Below the pieces are notes generated by a model. The model did not search any database. It saw nothing but the letters and a program-made list of their open reading frames with translations, and was not told the origin of the DNA. From Selaginella moellendorffii (lineage: Eukaryota; Plantae; Lycopodiophyta), in the NCBI RefSeq assembly GCF_000143415.4, contig NW_003314452.1, forward strand, positions 14,652-78,651: DNA of 64,000 bases, given 5' to 3'. This document shows, in pieces, positions 47,541 through 61,800 of the stretch. Both the position numbers and the translations under genes were made by a program. Positions within the stretch are counted from its first letter, which is position 1; each line of letters starts with the position of its first letter.

Positions 47541-49376
47541 TGTGAGACACAAAATCCCTAGGCCCCAAAGTGGAGCCGGAAGGGTGCCACGTGGTAGTGG
47601 CCGAAGCGAAAGCCAAACGAGCATAACACGTTTGGACTAAAAGCTCCGACTTGAAAGGTCGAGAGCGGGAGTGGAACTCCCAACAAAGTGCTCGAGGAAC
47701 AAGCACGAAGCGAGCAATAAGCGAAGCTCCAAAAAGGGACCCAAAAGGACCAACACATGACACGTGGAAGAGTCCGAGATGGACCGAGACGGAGTCTGAG
47801 ATGGAGTCCGAGATGGACCAAGACGGAGTCCAAGATAGACCCGAGATCGACCCGAGTTGGAGTCCGAGATGGAGTCCGAGATGGACCAAGACGGAGTCCG
47901 AGATGGAGTCCAAGGTGGAGTCCGAGGTGGAGTTCGAGATGGAGTCCGAGATGGACCGAGACGGACTCTGAGATGGAGTCCGAGGTGGAGTCTGAGATGG
48001 AGTCCGAGATGGAGTCCAAAGTGGAGTCCGAGATGGAGTCCGAGATGGACCGAGACGGAGTCCGAGATGGAGTCCGAGATGGACCGAGACGGAGTCCGAG
48101 ATGGAGTCCGAGATGGACCAAGATGGAGTCCGAGATGGAGTCCGAGATGGACCCGAGATGGAATCCGAGATGGAGTCCGAGAAGGACCCGAGATGGAGTC
48201 CGAGGTCAAGACCGAGACCGGGACCGAGACCAAGACCGAGACCAAGACCGGGACCGAGACCGAGACCGGGACTGAGACCAAGACCGAGGCGGAGGCCGAG
48301 ACTGAGCCCGAGTCCGAGTCCGAGTCCGAGTCCGAGTCTGAGTCTAAGTCCGAGTCCGAGTCCGAGTTCGAGTTTGAGCCTGAGAGGGTGAAAGCCCAAA
48401 GCGTTCGTCTCCCAAACCCTGGGGGGTTTGGTGAGCTCCAAAAGTATAGTAGGGGGAGGACTGCAGTGGAGCCAATTTGGCTAGGAAATGCCAGTTTGGC
48501 CCAGGAAGGCCAGATCCAGTGTTGGGTGATGAATTGACCATTGGGAAGTCCAAGACTAGAGTGAATACGGACCGACAAGTGGGGTAGCTTGGTGAAGTGT
48601 TCAAGAGCCGGCTCTAGTTCCCCCGGGAGATCGACTGGCCGATGCTCCCAGTCCAAGTGTGGGTGGCACTACCTACTTGGATACCAGGCGTGGCTCAACG
48701 GAACCTCGCTCTAAGCCCATGGCTAGAGCACCTAAAGGCGGAAGGCGGGGAGAGTACCCACGGGGCTCACGTAGGCCCACGGTGTTCTGAAATGTTGTCC
48801 TGAAGTCCCAAATGGGGGAAAGGAGGAAGAGTAGTCCTTTAGTGTAGTGACTAAAGATACAGTTACATGGTGAAGAAGTCCCTGGAGGACCATGGGACTT
48901 AGTGTCAAGGCCTGTGGCCGTTGATCGAGTGGCAGTGGTACGAACATGCGCAAGGACAGAAAACAGACTTGGTAGGACTTAACGAAGGGATATTGGGGAA
49001 GTCTATTCCCCATGTCTGTGGCATCCTAAGGATGCTGAGGAGTGGATCTAGGATGACCACTCGTGGTCGGATGGCCCAGGCTTGGAGAGACAGGTTTGTG
49101 ATGCAAGTGGTATTGGACCACTAGTGTGGCAAAGGTGAATAGACATGGCCTTAGCGTAACGGGCCGATATGTCAGTGGTACCTTTGGCTGTCGGTCTTGG
49201 GACCGGACACATGGAGCACTTGGACTAAGTGCAAGGGATGAGTGGCATGGGTGCCATTCTCGGGGCTAGCAAGTCCCAAGTCCTGAATTGGACTTAAGGA
49301 GGTTGTGAATGAGACTCCTCCAAGTGGTTGAAAGTGTGGTTAAGTGACTAAAGTAGAATGGAAAAATTAGTCGTTT
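47541..49376 (-). mobile_element. Truncated long LTR-like insertion replacing ~1.87 kb of G1 gag-RT
   Basis: Starts TGTGAGAC exactly where homology to 23820 ends; G1 resumes at 49377 (= ~25685). Shares GGGTGAAAGCCCAAAGCGT...TCCAAA.GTATAGTAGGG with 5613-5680. Strand inferred. Confidence 0.65.
47770..48378. repeat. Compound minisatellite: (GAGATGGAGTCC)n grading into (GACCGA)n and (GAGTCC)n
   Basis: Directly visible; explains the low-complexity ORFs in several frames. Confidence 0.95.
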
Positions 49377-49636
49377 ATCTTTCATCTAGTCTATGGATTG
49401 TGAGTAGACATTCATGGATTTCAAAAAGCTATTGATGACTCTTCCAGTTTTGGCGTATCCTAACTACACTCGACCTTTCATTTTGCACATAAATGCTTCT
49501 GATATTGGTCTTGGAGGTGTATTGATGCAAAAGAGCCTGAGTGTGTCTGGTTAGCGGCATCCCATTGCATATATAAGCCGTATATTACAACTAGCAGAAG
49601 AAAACTACTTCACGACAGAGAAAGAATATTTAGTAA

Positions 49637-49924
49637 ATGCTTTATTTTGTTAAAGTGGGACTTATTCAGTAAAGTGGGACATTAATTAGCATGTGTCCAC
49701 ATGCCATTTCCTAGTACTTAATTAATATTTATTAATATTTCTATCAGTTTTTTAATTTATTTTTTTATATTTCACAATATTATAACACAAAATCATATGA
49801 AAAGTTTTTAATTTATAAATTATAAAGTTAAAACTTCAATTTTTTATTGTTGTTATAAAAATGGCATGTGGCCACACACCATAAGTGGGATAATGAAAAG
49901 TCCCATTTTAACGAAATAAAGCAT
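49637..49924. mobile_element. AT-rich MITE, 288 bp, 27-bp TIRs, apparent 4-bp TSD GTAA
   Basis: ATGCTTTATTTTGTTAAAGTGGGACTT...AAGTCCCATTTTAACGAAATAAAGCAT; GTAA at 49633-49636 and 49925-49928; empty sites at ~6649, ~25942 and ~62707. Confidence 0.92.
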
Positions 49925-51669
49925 GTAACAATCTGGGGTTTTGAAAAACTTCATGCATATCTACATAGTTTTTGGACATTACTAGAAGGTGATTATGCTA
50001 CCATTACTTCATTATTGAAATGAAAAAACCTAATTGGTCATATTACTCGGTGGGTTTTGAAGCTTTAGATATATAATTTTAATAATGTTCATCACCCAGG
50101 GAGTTCTATGGCTGAGGCTAATGCCTTTTCTCGAGCTCCTCTTCCTTATTTGCCCTTTTTTCATGTTTCTAACGAGTGTGTTGTTTTAGCATCTATGGAT
50201 TTTCAAGACAAGGATTCTGTGTTGTTAGCAGTTGTTGTATTTAATGTTTAATGTCCACAAGGTGTAAAACAGAATTTACCTTCTCTTGATGAGGTTTGTG
50301 AAGCTCAAAAGATTGAGTCATGGATTTAAAGGCTTCGTAATGGGTTTAAAAATTTTACATCACTTGCTGATGACTTGCCATTCCAGCATTTACTTTTTTA
50401 ATATTACTTTGGAAACAACCTTCTTTATTTTATGGGTACGAATCTTTATGATCATTTATAGTTGGTAGTGCCTTCAATCTTTATTTCATGGTTCCTCCAT
50501 GCCTACCATGATTCTCCTATTCTAGGCAGGCATATAGGACATCGTCATGTGACCAAAAAGCTATGTAAAATTTTTTATTAGCTCGAGATGCAACGTGATT
50601 TTATTTAGTATGTGCATAGCTGTGTTTGGTGCTAAGCTCATAATACTACCCCTTGTGCTGCAAAAGGATAGTTGGAGTCAATTGCAGTTTCCCATCCTTT
50701 TGAGTTGGTGGCATTTGATCTTATGGGACTTTTTCCATGATTGACTGCTCGTAATGAGTATGTTATTATTACTTTTGACTGCTTAACTTGTTGGGTGGAA
50801 GTTGGTGCTCTTCCTAGCGCCTCTGTAACTACTGTTAGATACTTCCTCCTCAATCAAGTGGTGTTCCAACATTTTTTTCTGGGGCAGATTTTTTCGGATA
50901 ATGGTCCCACATTTATTGTTGAGGCATTTTATGTTTTGACGTCTCAGTTATGGATACGCCATATGTTCACGAGTGCGATGGTTATTTATTGTTTCTTTGG
51001 TATGCAAATGTCACAGGGGTGTAGAGTTTTGTTGGTGCTTCACTATATAAACTCTTATATGGTCATAATCCAATATTACTAATGGAGTTATATTTACTTT
51101 TGTGATTGCCACAAGCTGCCAATGCTAGGTCGTAGGATTAGTATATGATGGGAATTCTTCCACTTATCCAAGTAGAGTCTACAAAAATCTAGGCCATGTA
51201 CAAGTGGGACAACAATAACACTACAACACCCATCATTGTTCATCTACGGAGTACAAAGTGGATGAATTAGTGTTAGTTTATTTTCCCCATCTTATGGTAT
51301 GTGGTTTATCTAAGGGGCTCTTTGTTCAGTAGAAAGGACCATATCATGTGTTGCAGCATGTTGGATCATAAGTTTATGAGGTTTAGCATGACGTCAAACA
51401 AGTTAATCCTCCAGAAATTGTGCATGTACAGCGGTTGAAACGCTTTGTATAAAGGGATTAGGAACATCTAGTACCATTTATAGATCCACCAATTTCTCCT
51501 CCTAATTTTCTTCTAGATCCTTGCCCATCTACGAGGGAACTCTAATGGTCTTCCATTATTTCGAGAGGAGGGGATGATGTGACGTCCAAGTGTACAGCTA
51601 TGATGCCATATATTAATATTGGTGTAGTTGGATTTTAGTAGCTGTCAGATTGGTTTCAATCTGGACCAC

Positions 51670-52456
51670 NNNNNNNNNNNNNNNNNNNNNNNNNNNNNNN
51701 NNNNNNNNNNNNNNNNNNNNNNNNNNNNNNNNNNNNNNNNNNNNNNNNNNNNNNNNNNNNNNNNNNNNNNNNNNNNNNNNNNNNNNNNNNNNNNNNNNNN
51801 NNNNNNNNNNNNNNNNNNNNNNNNNNNNNNNNNNNNNNNNNNNNNNNNNNNNNNNNNNNNNNNNNNNNNNNNNNNNNNNNNNNNNNNNNNNNNNNNNNNN
51901 NNNNNNNNNNNNNNNNNNNNNNNNNNNNNNNNNNNNNNNNNNNNNNNNNNNNNNNNNNNNNNNNNNNNNNNNNNNNNNNNNNNNNNNNNNNNNNNNNNNN
52001 NNNNNNNNNNNNNNNNNNNNNNNNNNNNNNNNNNNNNNNNNNNNNNNNNNNNNNNNNNNNNNNNNNNNNNNNNNNNNNNNNNNNNNNNNNNNNNNNNNNN
52101 NNNNNNNNNNNNNNNNNNNNNNNNNNNNNNNNNNNNNNNNNNNNNNNNNNNNNNNNNNNNNNNNNNNNNNNNNNNNNNNNNNNNNNNNNNNNNNNNNNNN
52201 NNNNNNNNNNNNNNNNNNNNNNNNNNNNNNNNNNNNNNNNNNNNNNNNNNNNNNNNNNNNNNNNNNNNNNNNNNNNNNNNNNNNNNNNNNNNNNNNNNNN
52301 NNNNNNNNNNNNNNNNNNNNNNNNNNNNNNNNNNNNNNNNNNNNNNNNNNNNNNNNNNNNNNNNNNNNNNNNNNNNNNNNNNNNNNNNNNNNNNNNNNNN
52401 NNNNNNNNNNNNNNNNNNNNNNNNNNNNNNNNNNNNNNNNNNNNNNNNNNNNNNNN
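51670..52456. other. Assembly gap
   Basis: Run of N. Confidence 1.
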
Positions 52457-54533
52457 GGGGATGAGAAGGGGGGTCTAGCTTCCTATTGGGTGTGTCTATC
52501 TTTATTTTACATTTGGCTTAGGTCTAAGCTTAAGATCCATACCATGTTAGCTAGTGGAGTATTTATATCCTCGGGCTAGACCATTAATATGTTGAAATAA
52601 TGCTTTAGCTATGTTTTACATGTTTGTTTTACTGTATGGATGTTAAAATTTTTAAGACTATTTTTGTGTTGTTTTGTGCTCCTGTTTCATCACTCCTTAG
52701 TTGCATATTCAAGAGTTGTTCCATACTTTTATTTCTTTGTTCATTAGACATATGCTTAGGAGTTTGATTCTATCATTTTGTTTAGTGGCCTAAGGCCCTA
52801 AAACTTAGGTGTTGCCCTTAGCACACATATCTCAAAAGTTAGGTCTATTCCATTGCTATCCTATAGTAATTAAAATGTGAAAATCATGATTTTGTCTTAA
52901 GCATATGCTAGAAGATAAAGATGATTTTATCTTGAAGCATATGCTAAAAGATAACCATGCAAAGTAAAAGAGGATCCATGACAATCAAAAGGTGGTAATA
53001 TACCCATACAAGCAATAACTTGATAGATATAAAGGAATTCAAAGTGCTCAACCATATGTTGTGTGGCATCAGAATTAATAATAAGAGTAAAAAAAAACTA
53101 ATAGTTAATAAAGCACCAGTAACATGAGTATGATTGTGTTGAAAATCCTTAGTTAAAAATAAAATAGGAGAAGATGAGTCATCAATAGTAGTATATGGCT
53201 ATTGTTGTTATCTATTAGAACTAGTAGCAATATAAGCTTCAGGGACTTGCCATGGATGAGGAATAACATGAGAAATTGAATAAGTATTATTTAGACGTTA
53301 ACAAAAAAATTAGGAAATATGGCCAAAACAATTTTAAATATATAGTAGGGATGGGCGTGGTTGACCAACCTGAAACATCATCTAACTTCTTATTAGGCAT
53401 GTTTATTTTTGTTTTATGTTTGGCTTAAGTTTAAGCCCAAACTTTGTACTATATTAGCTGGTGGAATATCTTTATGTAGGCCACCATTATGCTAAAATAG
53501 TCCTTTAGCTCCATTTTATGTGATAGTTTTGATATTGGAATGCTAAAAGCTCTATTCCTTATTCCTTTGTTCATTAGCTTTATATATACTCAAGAATTTT
53601 GTTCATCCCTTTGTTTAGTGGCCAAGGCCCTAAAACTTAGGTGCCACTCTATTGCCATTGGCACATATATATAAGCTTTTAAATTTGGATTTCTCATGAA
53701 TAAAAGTGCACCCCCTTTTTTTAATTGATTAAGGGTCTTGAAATATTTTGAATAGTACTAAGTTAGGTGACTTCCCGAGAAGTATAAATTCAAGAGCTTA
53801 CATCCAACTTACCACAACATTTAATACAGTCTCTTCCAATAAGTAAGGAGTTGTTTAGACAAACTATACACTATAAGATTGGGAAGATTAATTAACATAA
53901 GGTCATCTGCTTTATACTCTATAGGTTAACAATAATGGGAGTTGTAACACCATTGTTATCCCATTTGCATGCAACTCAAGTGTTGGGAATATAATTGTAG
54001 GTATCGAAAATTACCTATGAATGAGTCATTTCAGATATTTTTTCTTTACTGCCATGACAACAAGAGGTTGGTATTGCTAGACTCTTTATCAATCTCCACC
54101 CAAGCTAATTGAGAAACTGGTCATCATGTATGTACTTATACTAGATAAACATAATATAGGAACTCTTATATGTTTCTTGCTGAGCATACTCAACTCAGTA
54201 TGAAAAGCTCATATATAACCCCCACTATATTGAGCTTGGTTCTATAATATTCACTAAATAAATTTCAAGCTTATTCCAAATACTAACTCTTGGTATTAAG
54301 GGTGATAACTTAAAACATGTTTTCCGAGGTTCCAAATGTGTAGTAGGGATAGTGGGTATGTCAGGCATGGCCAATTAACCTAAGGCATACTCTAGCTCCT
54401 GTTTGCATACCTATTTTTGTTTTGCATTTGGTTTAACCCAAGTTCTATACCATACTAGCTAGTGGAGTACCCATATCCTTGTGTTAAGCCACTGATATGC
54501 TAAAATAGCACTAAATTTTATTTGGCTCTGTTT

Positions 54534-54993
54534 NNNNNNNNNNNNNNNNNNNNNNNNNNNNNNNNNNNNNNNNNNNNNNNNNNNNNNNNNNNNNNNNNNN
54601 NNNNNNNNNNNNNNNNNNNNNNNNNNNNNNNNNNNNNNNNNNNNNNNNNNNNNNNNNNNNNNNNNNNNNNNNNNNNNNNNNNNNNNNNNNNNNNNNNNNN
54701 NNNNNNNNNNNNNNNNNNNNNNNNNNNNNNNNNNNNNNNNNNNNNNNNNNNNNNNNNNNNNNNNNNNNNNNNNNNNNNNNNNNNNNNNNNNNNNNNNNNN
54801 NNNNNNNNNNNNNNNNNNNNNNNNNNNNNNNNNNNNNNNNNNNNNNNNNNNNNNNNNNNNNNNNNNNNNNNNNNNNNNNNNNNNNNNNNNNNNNNNNNNN
54901 NNNNNNNNNNNNNNNNNNNNNNNNNNNNNNNNNNNNNNNNNNNNNNNNNNNNNNNNNNNNNNNNNNNNNNNNNNNNNNNNNNNNNNNNNNNNN
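54534..54993. other. Assembly gap
   Basis: Run of N. Confidence 1.
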
Positions 54994-57900
54994 ATATGGT
55001 GAAGCACTAATGAAACTTTGTACCCCTATGCCATATGTATACTAAAGAAGTGGCAAATAATCATCCCAATTTAAATCCTAATCATCCTTTTGAAAGTCTG
55101 AATAAGCTATTATACCAAACCATTGGTTCATAAATGATAAGCACTTGTGAAAGTGTTGTGTATCCTTACCTAAGACATTAAAATGTGAAATATCTTAACT
55201 ATAAATATGAGACTTTATTTGAGAGAATCTACTATAAACATGAATGCTAGAATACCACTCAATTTTGGAAGAAGTATTTAACAATAGTCACAAATGCACT
55301 AACAAAAGCACTAGCTTCCACCCAATGAATCAAGTAGTTAGAGGCAATAATGATATATTCATTGCCATGAATTGACTATGGAAAAAGGCCCTATCAAATC
55401 AACATCACCAACTTAAATGGATGGGAAATTACAATTAACTCCAATTGTCCTTCTGTAACATGAAGAGTATTATGAGTTTGGCATTAAACATAGCTATATA
55501 TATATATCAAATAATATCATATCACATCTTTGACTAATAAAAAGACATGTGTAGCTTCTTAGTCACATGATAATGTACAATATACTTGTTTAGAATAGAA
55601 GAGTCATGGTAAGCATAAAGAAAGAGTAGAATAAAGATTGAAAGCACTATATTACCTCACCAACTTCATGTGAGTTTTTATGGATGACTTCAGCATCTTT
55701 AACAGCAAAAAATAACATCCCCAACATCTTGAGAAATGCTTCATCAAATGTCAAGAGAACAACATCACCTTAAACCCTGACAAATCTACCTTTTTCGTCA
55801 AATCTGGCATCCTACTTGGACACATCATCTGCAAAAAAGGCATCCTCATTGACAAAGCTAAGACTCTTGCCATCATCAATAGGCAACACCCTACTTACAC
55901 CACTAGACTACGATCCTTCCTGGGCAAAATGGGATACCATCAATGCTTCATCAAAGATTATGTGAAGATTGCAAAACCCCTTATAGATCTTTTGAAGAAA
56001 AATCACATCTACAACTAGACTCAAGATTGCCAACAAGCATTCGACATGCTCAAGAATTCCTTAACAAGGGCTCCAATACTCACCCAACCAAACTAGGACA
56101 AAGACTTCAATACACATTGATGCCTTTGATTATGCCATCAGAGCAATACTTTCTCACAACAAGACCTCAAAGACCGACCAATCTACTATACGAGCCGAAG
56201 ACTCAACTCAACTGAGATGAACTACACCACCATTGAAAAAGAAGTTTTAGGAATGGTCTATGCACTATAAAAGTTTCGACACTACCTACTCGGCACTAAA
56301 GTCAAGAGCATGGTTGACCACAAAGCACTTTTACACCTCCTCAACAAGACCATCTTCATCCGTAGAATTGCCTGATAGTTCTTATTACTTCAAGAATACA
56401 ACTTCGAAATTATTCACAAACCTGGCAAATAACATGTATAAACCAACCTTATAACTAGTGAACAACTAAACTACAACATGGATGACTTTCCTGACTCCAA
56501 CATACTTTGCATCCACACATCATCAACATGGACGAATGACATCTACTACTACCTCATAACAACAATAATACTAAATCGATACTCCATCTCTAATCACCAT
56601 AAATAATTTGTCTTAAGGATAAGACCATATTCAGTTGTGGGAGGAAGATTGTACAAAAAAGGACGAGACAATATACTATGAAGCTGTGTACAATTTGAAG
56701 AACTCAAGATCTATTCGAAAAAGCCCACTGTGGACAAGCAAGAGGCCACTTCACAGAAGAAATCACAGCTCACAAGATTTTGCAAGTAGGACTCTAGTGG
56801 CTAACACTTTGGCATAACTTAGCAAAATTTTGTTGAGAATGCGACATTTGTCAACAAACCAAGTACACACGAAAGAAACAAACTCAAGAGCTTCATCCAA
56901 CAACACCACTGGAACTATTTCAATGATAGGAACTCGACTTCGTTGGACTACTCATAACAAGCTTCAAGCGAAACAAACATAAGGCTTTAACACCATATTA
57001 CCCTCAAGGCAATAGTTAAGCAGAGTTGACAAATAAAACACTTAAGAACATCCTCAACAAAATAATGAAAACAAATTAGAAAGATTGGGACAATCACATT
57101 TACAATGCCCTATGGGTATATTGAACAATATACAAGGTTTCAACAAATTTGACACTATTCAAGCTTGCCTATGGCTTAGAAGCTTTAACACCACTGAAGT
57201 ACATTGTTTCTTCATTGCGAATGGCAATACACTGCAAGATCAACCAAAAACAATTAATTAAGAAAAGATTAGTAACACTAAAAAAACTTAACGAAGAAAG
57301 ACTATAAGCAATTTGGACACTCGAAGCCATTCATGTTTGAAGAAAAACCAACCATAACAAAAAGAGAAGATTAAAGAAAAATGAAGAATTCAAGATCAAT
57401 GATCAAGTACTCTGGTTTCTAAAAAACATTGAAAAATTTGGCTTGAGAGTGAATTCAAGATGGGAAGGACCATTCCTCATCCAAAAATTTAAAGCTCCAG
57501 GAATGGCAACAATTGTAACATTCGATGGCAAGCATCTCCAAACTGTCAACCTTAATAAGCTCAAGAAATATTAATCATACGACTCAAACATCATCAAAAA
57601 CGACATTGAAAGAAATAAAGGTTTATAATTTTAAAGATCGAGAATGAAACATCAAGAAGAACTACAGGCATGAAGATCAAGAGATCAAGACTATGAAAAC
57701 TCAAACTCAAGATTTCAACATATTTAAGATTTACAAAGTTCAAGCTCAAAAACTTAAGACAATAAAAAAACATAAAGCTCAAATTCAAAAATCCAAGAAA
57801 AATCAAGCTCAAGTAAATAACATGAAGAAAAATAACAACTTGAAGAACTTTCGCCAAAAACAAGACTTAGAGACTAATGAATCTTTTAAGACTCATCAAT

Positions 57901-58349
57901 AAACATGCCAAACACCAACACAAAGCAAGCTTCTCCAAGACTACCAAACCAACAAAGAAAAAGCTCAAGAAAGTTACCATAGGGACTCAAACTTAACACT
58001 CTATTGCAAAGAGCAAAATCCTAACTCTAAAGATATGTCCTTTTAGAGGACAGTATATGTGGAAACACAATGCATCAATGACCAGCTCTTTAAAGAAGTG
58101 TAGAGCTCCGTAATTGACAGTCATGACTCATGAAGAAATGGTAGTTGCCACCATGTAAGAGTAGTTAAGGGGGAAAGTTAGCACTTCTCTATTGTATTCC
58201 AGTTTATCACCAATGCACATTTATTTTCTCACAACTTGGAGTATTCTAGTAATATCAAGTTTATCCTTACTCACGACCACTTGCATGAGCCTTCTTGGGG
58301 ATTGAAGGTCTCAAGTTAGTTTCTAATTGATTCGTGTGTTAGTTTCTAA

Positions 58350-58853
58350 TTGATTCGAGAGATGATATATGAGGTTCAAATATAAGGGGAAAGGCCTATA
58401 AATAAAAGTGCAACCTTTTTTTTAATCAGTTAGAGGTCTTGGAATACTTGGGGTTAAGTGTTCTTGGGTTTGAATAAACTAAATTGGGCGACATCCCAAA
58501 AAATTTGAATTTAGGAGCTTACATTTGGTATTAAAAGGGTCTCGGGTTTGACATTTAGTTAGCTAGAGGATTCATACCATGTGTTGAGATTAACATTTGG
58601 CAAGTCTAATTTATTCCAGTTGGGCTTGACTTGTACAGTTTCAAAAGAGTTGCAACTGTATAGAGAAATATAATGAATTATAAACAACCAAAGGGAATGA
58701 TTTGAGACATTGATCTATAGAGTTCAAATATAAAGGGATAAATAAAAGTGCACCCCTTTTTTTTAATCAGTTAAGGGTTTTAAAATATTGTCCTTAAGTT
58801 TAAATAGTATTGGGGTTAGTGACATTATGAGAAATCCAAATTTAAAAGCTTAT
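58350..58853 (+). mobile_element. Cassandra-like TRIM in the inverted copy
   Basis: 5S-like segment 58452-58497, LTR end GCTTACA 58523, PBS-like TGGTATT 58526. Confidence 0.72.
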
Positions 58854-61800
58854 ATATATATGTGCTAATGGCAATAGAGTGGCACCTAAGTTTTAGGGCC
58901 TTGGCCACTAAACAAAGGGATGAACAAAACTCTTGAGTATATATAAAGCTAATGAACAAAGGAATAAGAACAAATAAGGAATAAGGAATAGAGCTTTTAG
59001 CATTCCAATATCAAAACTATCACATAAAATGGAGCTAAAGGACTATTTTAGCATAATGGTGGCCTAACATAAAGATATTCCACCAGCTAATATAGTACAA
59101 AGTTTGGGCTTAAACTTAAGCCAAACATAAAACAAAAATAAACATGCCTAATAAGAAGTTAGATGATGTTTCAGGTTGGTCAACCACGCCCATCCCTACT
59201 ATATATTTAAAATCGTTTTGGCCATATTTCCTAATTTTTTTGTCAACGTCTAAATAATACTTATTCAATTTCTCATGTTATTCCTCATCCATGGCAAGTC
59301 CCTGAAGCTTATATTGCTACTAGTTCTAATAGATAACAACAATAGACATATACTACTATTGATGACTCATCTTCTCCTATTTTATTTTTAACTAAGGATT
59401 TTCAACACAATCATACTCATGTTGCTGGTGCTTTATTAACTATTAGTTGTTTTTTACTCTTATTATTAATTCTGATGCCACACAACATGTGGTTGAGCAC
59501 TTTGAATTCCTTTATATCTATCAAGTTATTGCTTGTATGGGTATATTACCACCTTTTGATTGTCATGGATCCTCTTTTACTTTGCATGGTTATCTTTTAG
59601 CATATGCTTCAAGATAAAATCATCTTTATCTTCTAGCATATGCTTAAGACAAAATCATGATTTTCACATTTTAATTGGAATAGACCTAACTTTTGAGATA
59701 TGTGTGCTAAGGGCAACACCTAAGTTTTAGGGCCTTAGGCCACTAAACAAAATGATAGAATCAAACTCCTAAGCATATGTCTAATGAACAAAGAAATAAA
59801 AGTATGGAACAACTCTTGAATATGCAACTAAGGAGTGATGAAACAGGAGCACAAAACAACACTAAAATAGTATTTAAAAATTTTAACATCCCAACATTAA
59901 AACAAACATGTAAAACAAAGCTAAAGCATTATTTCAACATATTAATGGTCTAGCCTGAGGATATAAATACTCCACTAGCTAACATGGTATGGATCTTAAG
60001 CTTAGACCTAAGCCAAATGTAAAATAAAGATAGACACACCCAATAGGAAACTAGACCCCCCTCCTCATCCGCCAAGAATATTAGAATTAAATCTTGATAA
60101 AAATGAATTATAGAAAAGTTTAACAGCAAGAAATTATAACCCTTAGAATAAGGAATATTTTATTATATATTAAATATTTTAGGTATATGCTTTACACTAT
60201 ATTTTCTAAAGTAACCTAAAAATGCTATGCATACTATTGTTGCTCTATTAGTTACTCTACTACAAGATTATAAAACTAATTTTGCACTAGCTATTGTGTA
60301 ATCTTTTCAAATTCATCATTTCCAAGGGATCCAAGTGATTAACTATAATTAAAAAATATATATCAGAGAAATATTTTCTTATAATTTATTTAATATTATT
60401 ATTATATTGATAACTATATAATAAATATTGATGTAAGCAACATTAATTTTCAAGTTACTGTATACTTCCTTATTTATATTATATTACATCTAGATTAGAA
60501 ATAAAACAAAAATAATTAATAACTTATTAGAGAGAAAGAGAAATATATATATAGCTAATAATAAATAATTATACATATATTAATATTACTTATAATTTTA
60601 AGGTGATAAACAAGCTACCTTGAATGATATAATCTCATATGATGATGAAGATGATGAAAAAATTAGGTAATTTATTTTTAAAAAATTATATAATATTATT
60701 ATTTACATATATTTTAGGTGTTATAGATAGCACTTTAAAAGATGATCATAAAAAAGGAGAAAAATAATAAGTCTGTAATTAAAGGAATAATTATTTGTGT
60801 GTGAGTGCATGGAATATGAAAAGGGAATACAAAAAATATGCATATCAATTAGCCAAAAAACCTTAGCTTATATATAGGAGTGAGTGGTCCAGATTGAAAC
60901 CAATCTAACAGCTACTAAAATCCAACTACACCAATATTAATATATGGCATCATAGTTGTACACTTGAACCTCACATCATCCCCTCCTCTCGAAATAATGG
61001 AAGACCACTAGAGTTCCCTCGTAGATGGGCAAGGATCTAGAAGAAAATTAGGAGGAGAAATTGGTGGATCTATAAATGGTCTAGATGTTCTTTATACCTT
61101 TGTACAAAGCGTTTCAACCGCTATACATCCACAATTTCTAGAGGATTAATTTGTTTGACGTCATGCTAAACCTCATAAACTTATGATCCAACATGCTGCA
61201 ACACATGATATGGTCCTTTCTACTGAACATAGAGCCCTTTAGATAAACCACATACCATAAGATGGGGAAAACAAACTAACACTAATTCATCCACTTTGTA
61301 CTCTGTAGATGAACAATGATGGGTGTTGTAGTGCTATTGTTGTCCCATTTGTACATGGCCTAGATTTTTGTAGACTCTACTTGGATAAGTGGAAGAATTC
61401 CCGTCAAATACTAATCCTACGACCTAGCATTGGCAGCTTGTGGCAATCACAAAAGTAAATATAACTCCATTAGTAATATTGGATCATGACCATATAAGAG
61501 TTTATATAGTGAAGCACCAACAAAACTCTACACCCCTGTGACATTTGCATACCGAAGAGACAATAAATAACCATCCCAATCCAAATGCTAAAAATTCACA
61601 TGCTTTGTGATCATCCCTTTGAATGTCTAAATGAGCTGTTCTATCAAATCGTTTGACTGTGGATGATAAGCACTCGTGAACGTATGGTGTATCCATAACT
61701 AAGACGTCAAAACATAAAATGCCTCAGCGATAAATGTGGGACCATTATCCGAAAAAATCCGCTCTAGGAAAAAATGTTGGAACACCACTTGATTGAGGAG

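Larger units (their letters stand above)
46595..51669 (+). mobile_element. Decayed Gypsy G1 spanning the B/C junction, with nested insertions
   Basis: 5' LTR 46595-46796, PBS 46798, 3' LTR from 51578 running into the gap. Confidence 0.88.
49377..53699 (+). repeat. Partial copy C of the unit
   Basis: Collinear with ~6393-10586; lacks the chromovirus (empty site at ~52750). Confidence 0.92.

Noticed and set aside
47527-48656. Long ORFs of 170-340 aa on both strands
   Set aside because: Products of the minisatellite; no domain content
51628-55010. ORFs containing X runs
   Set aside because: Artefacts of assembly gaps
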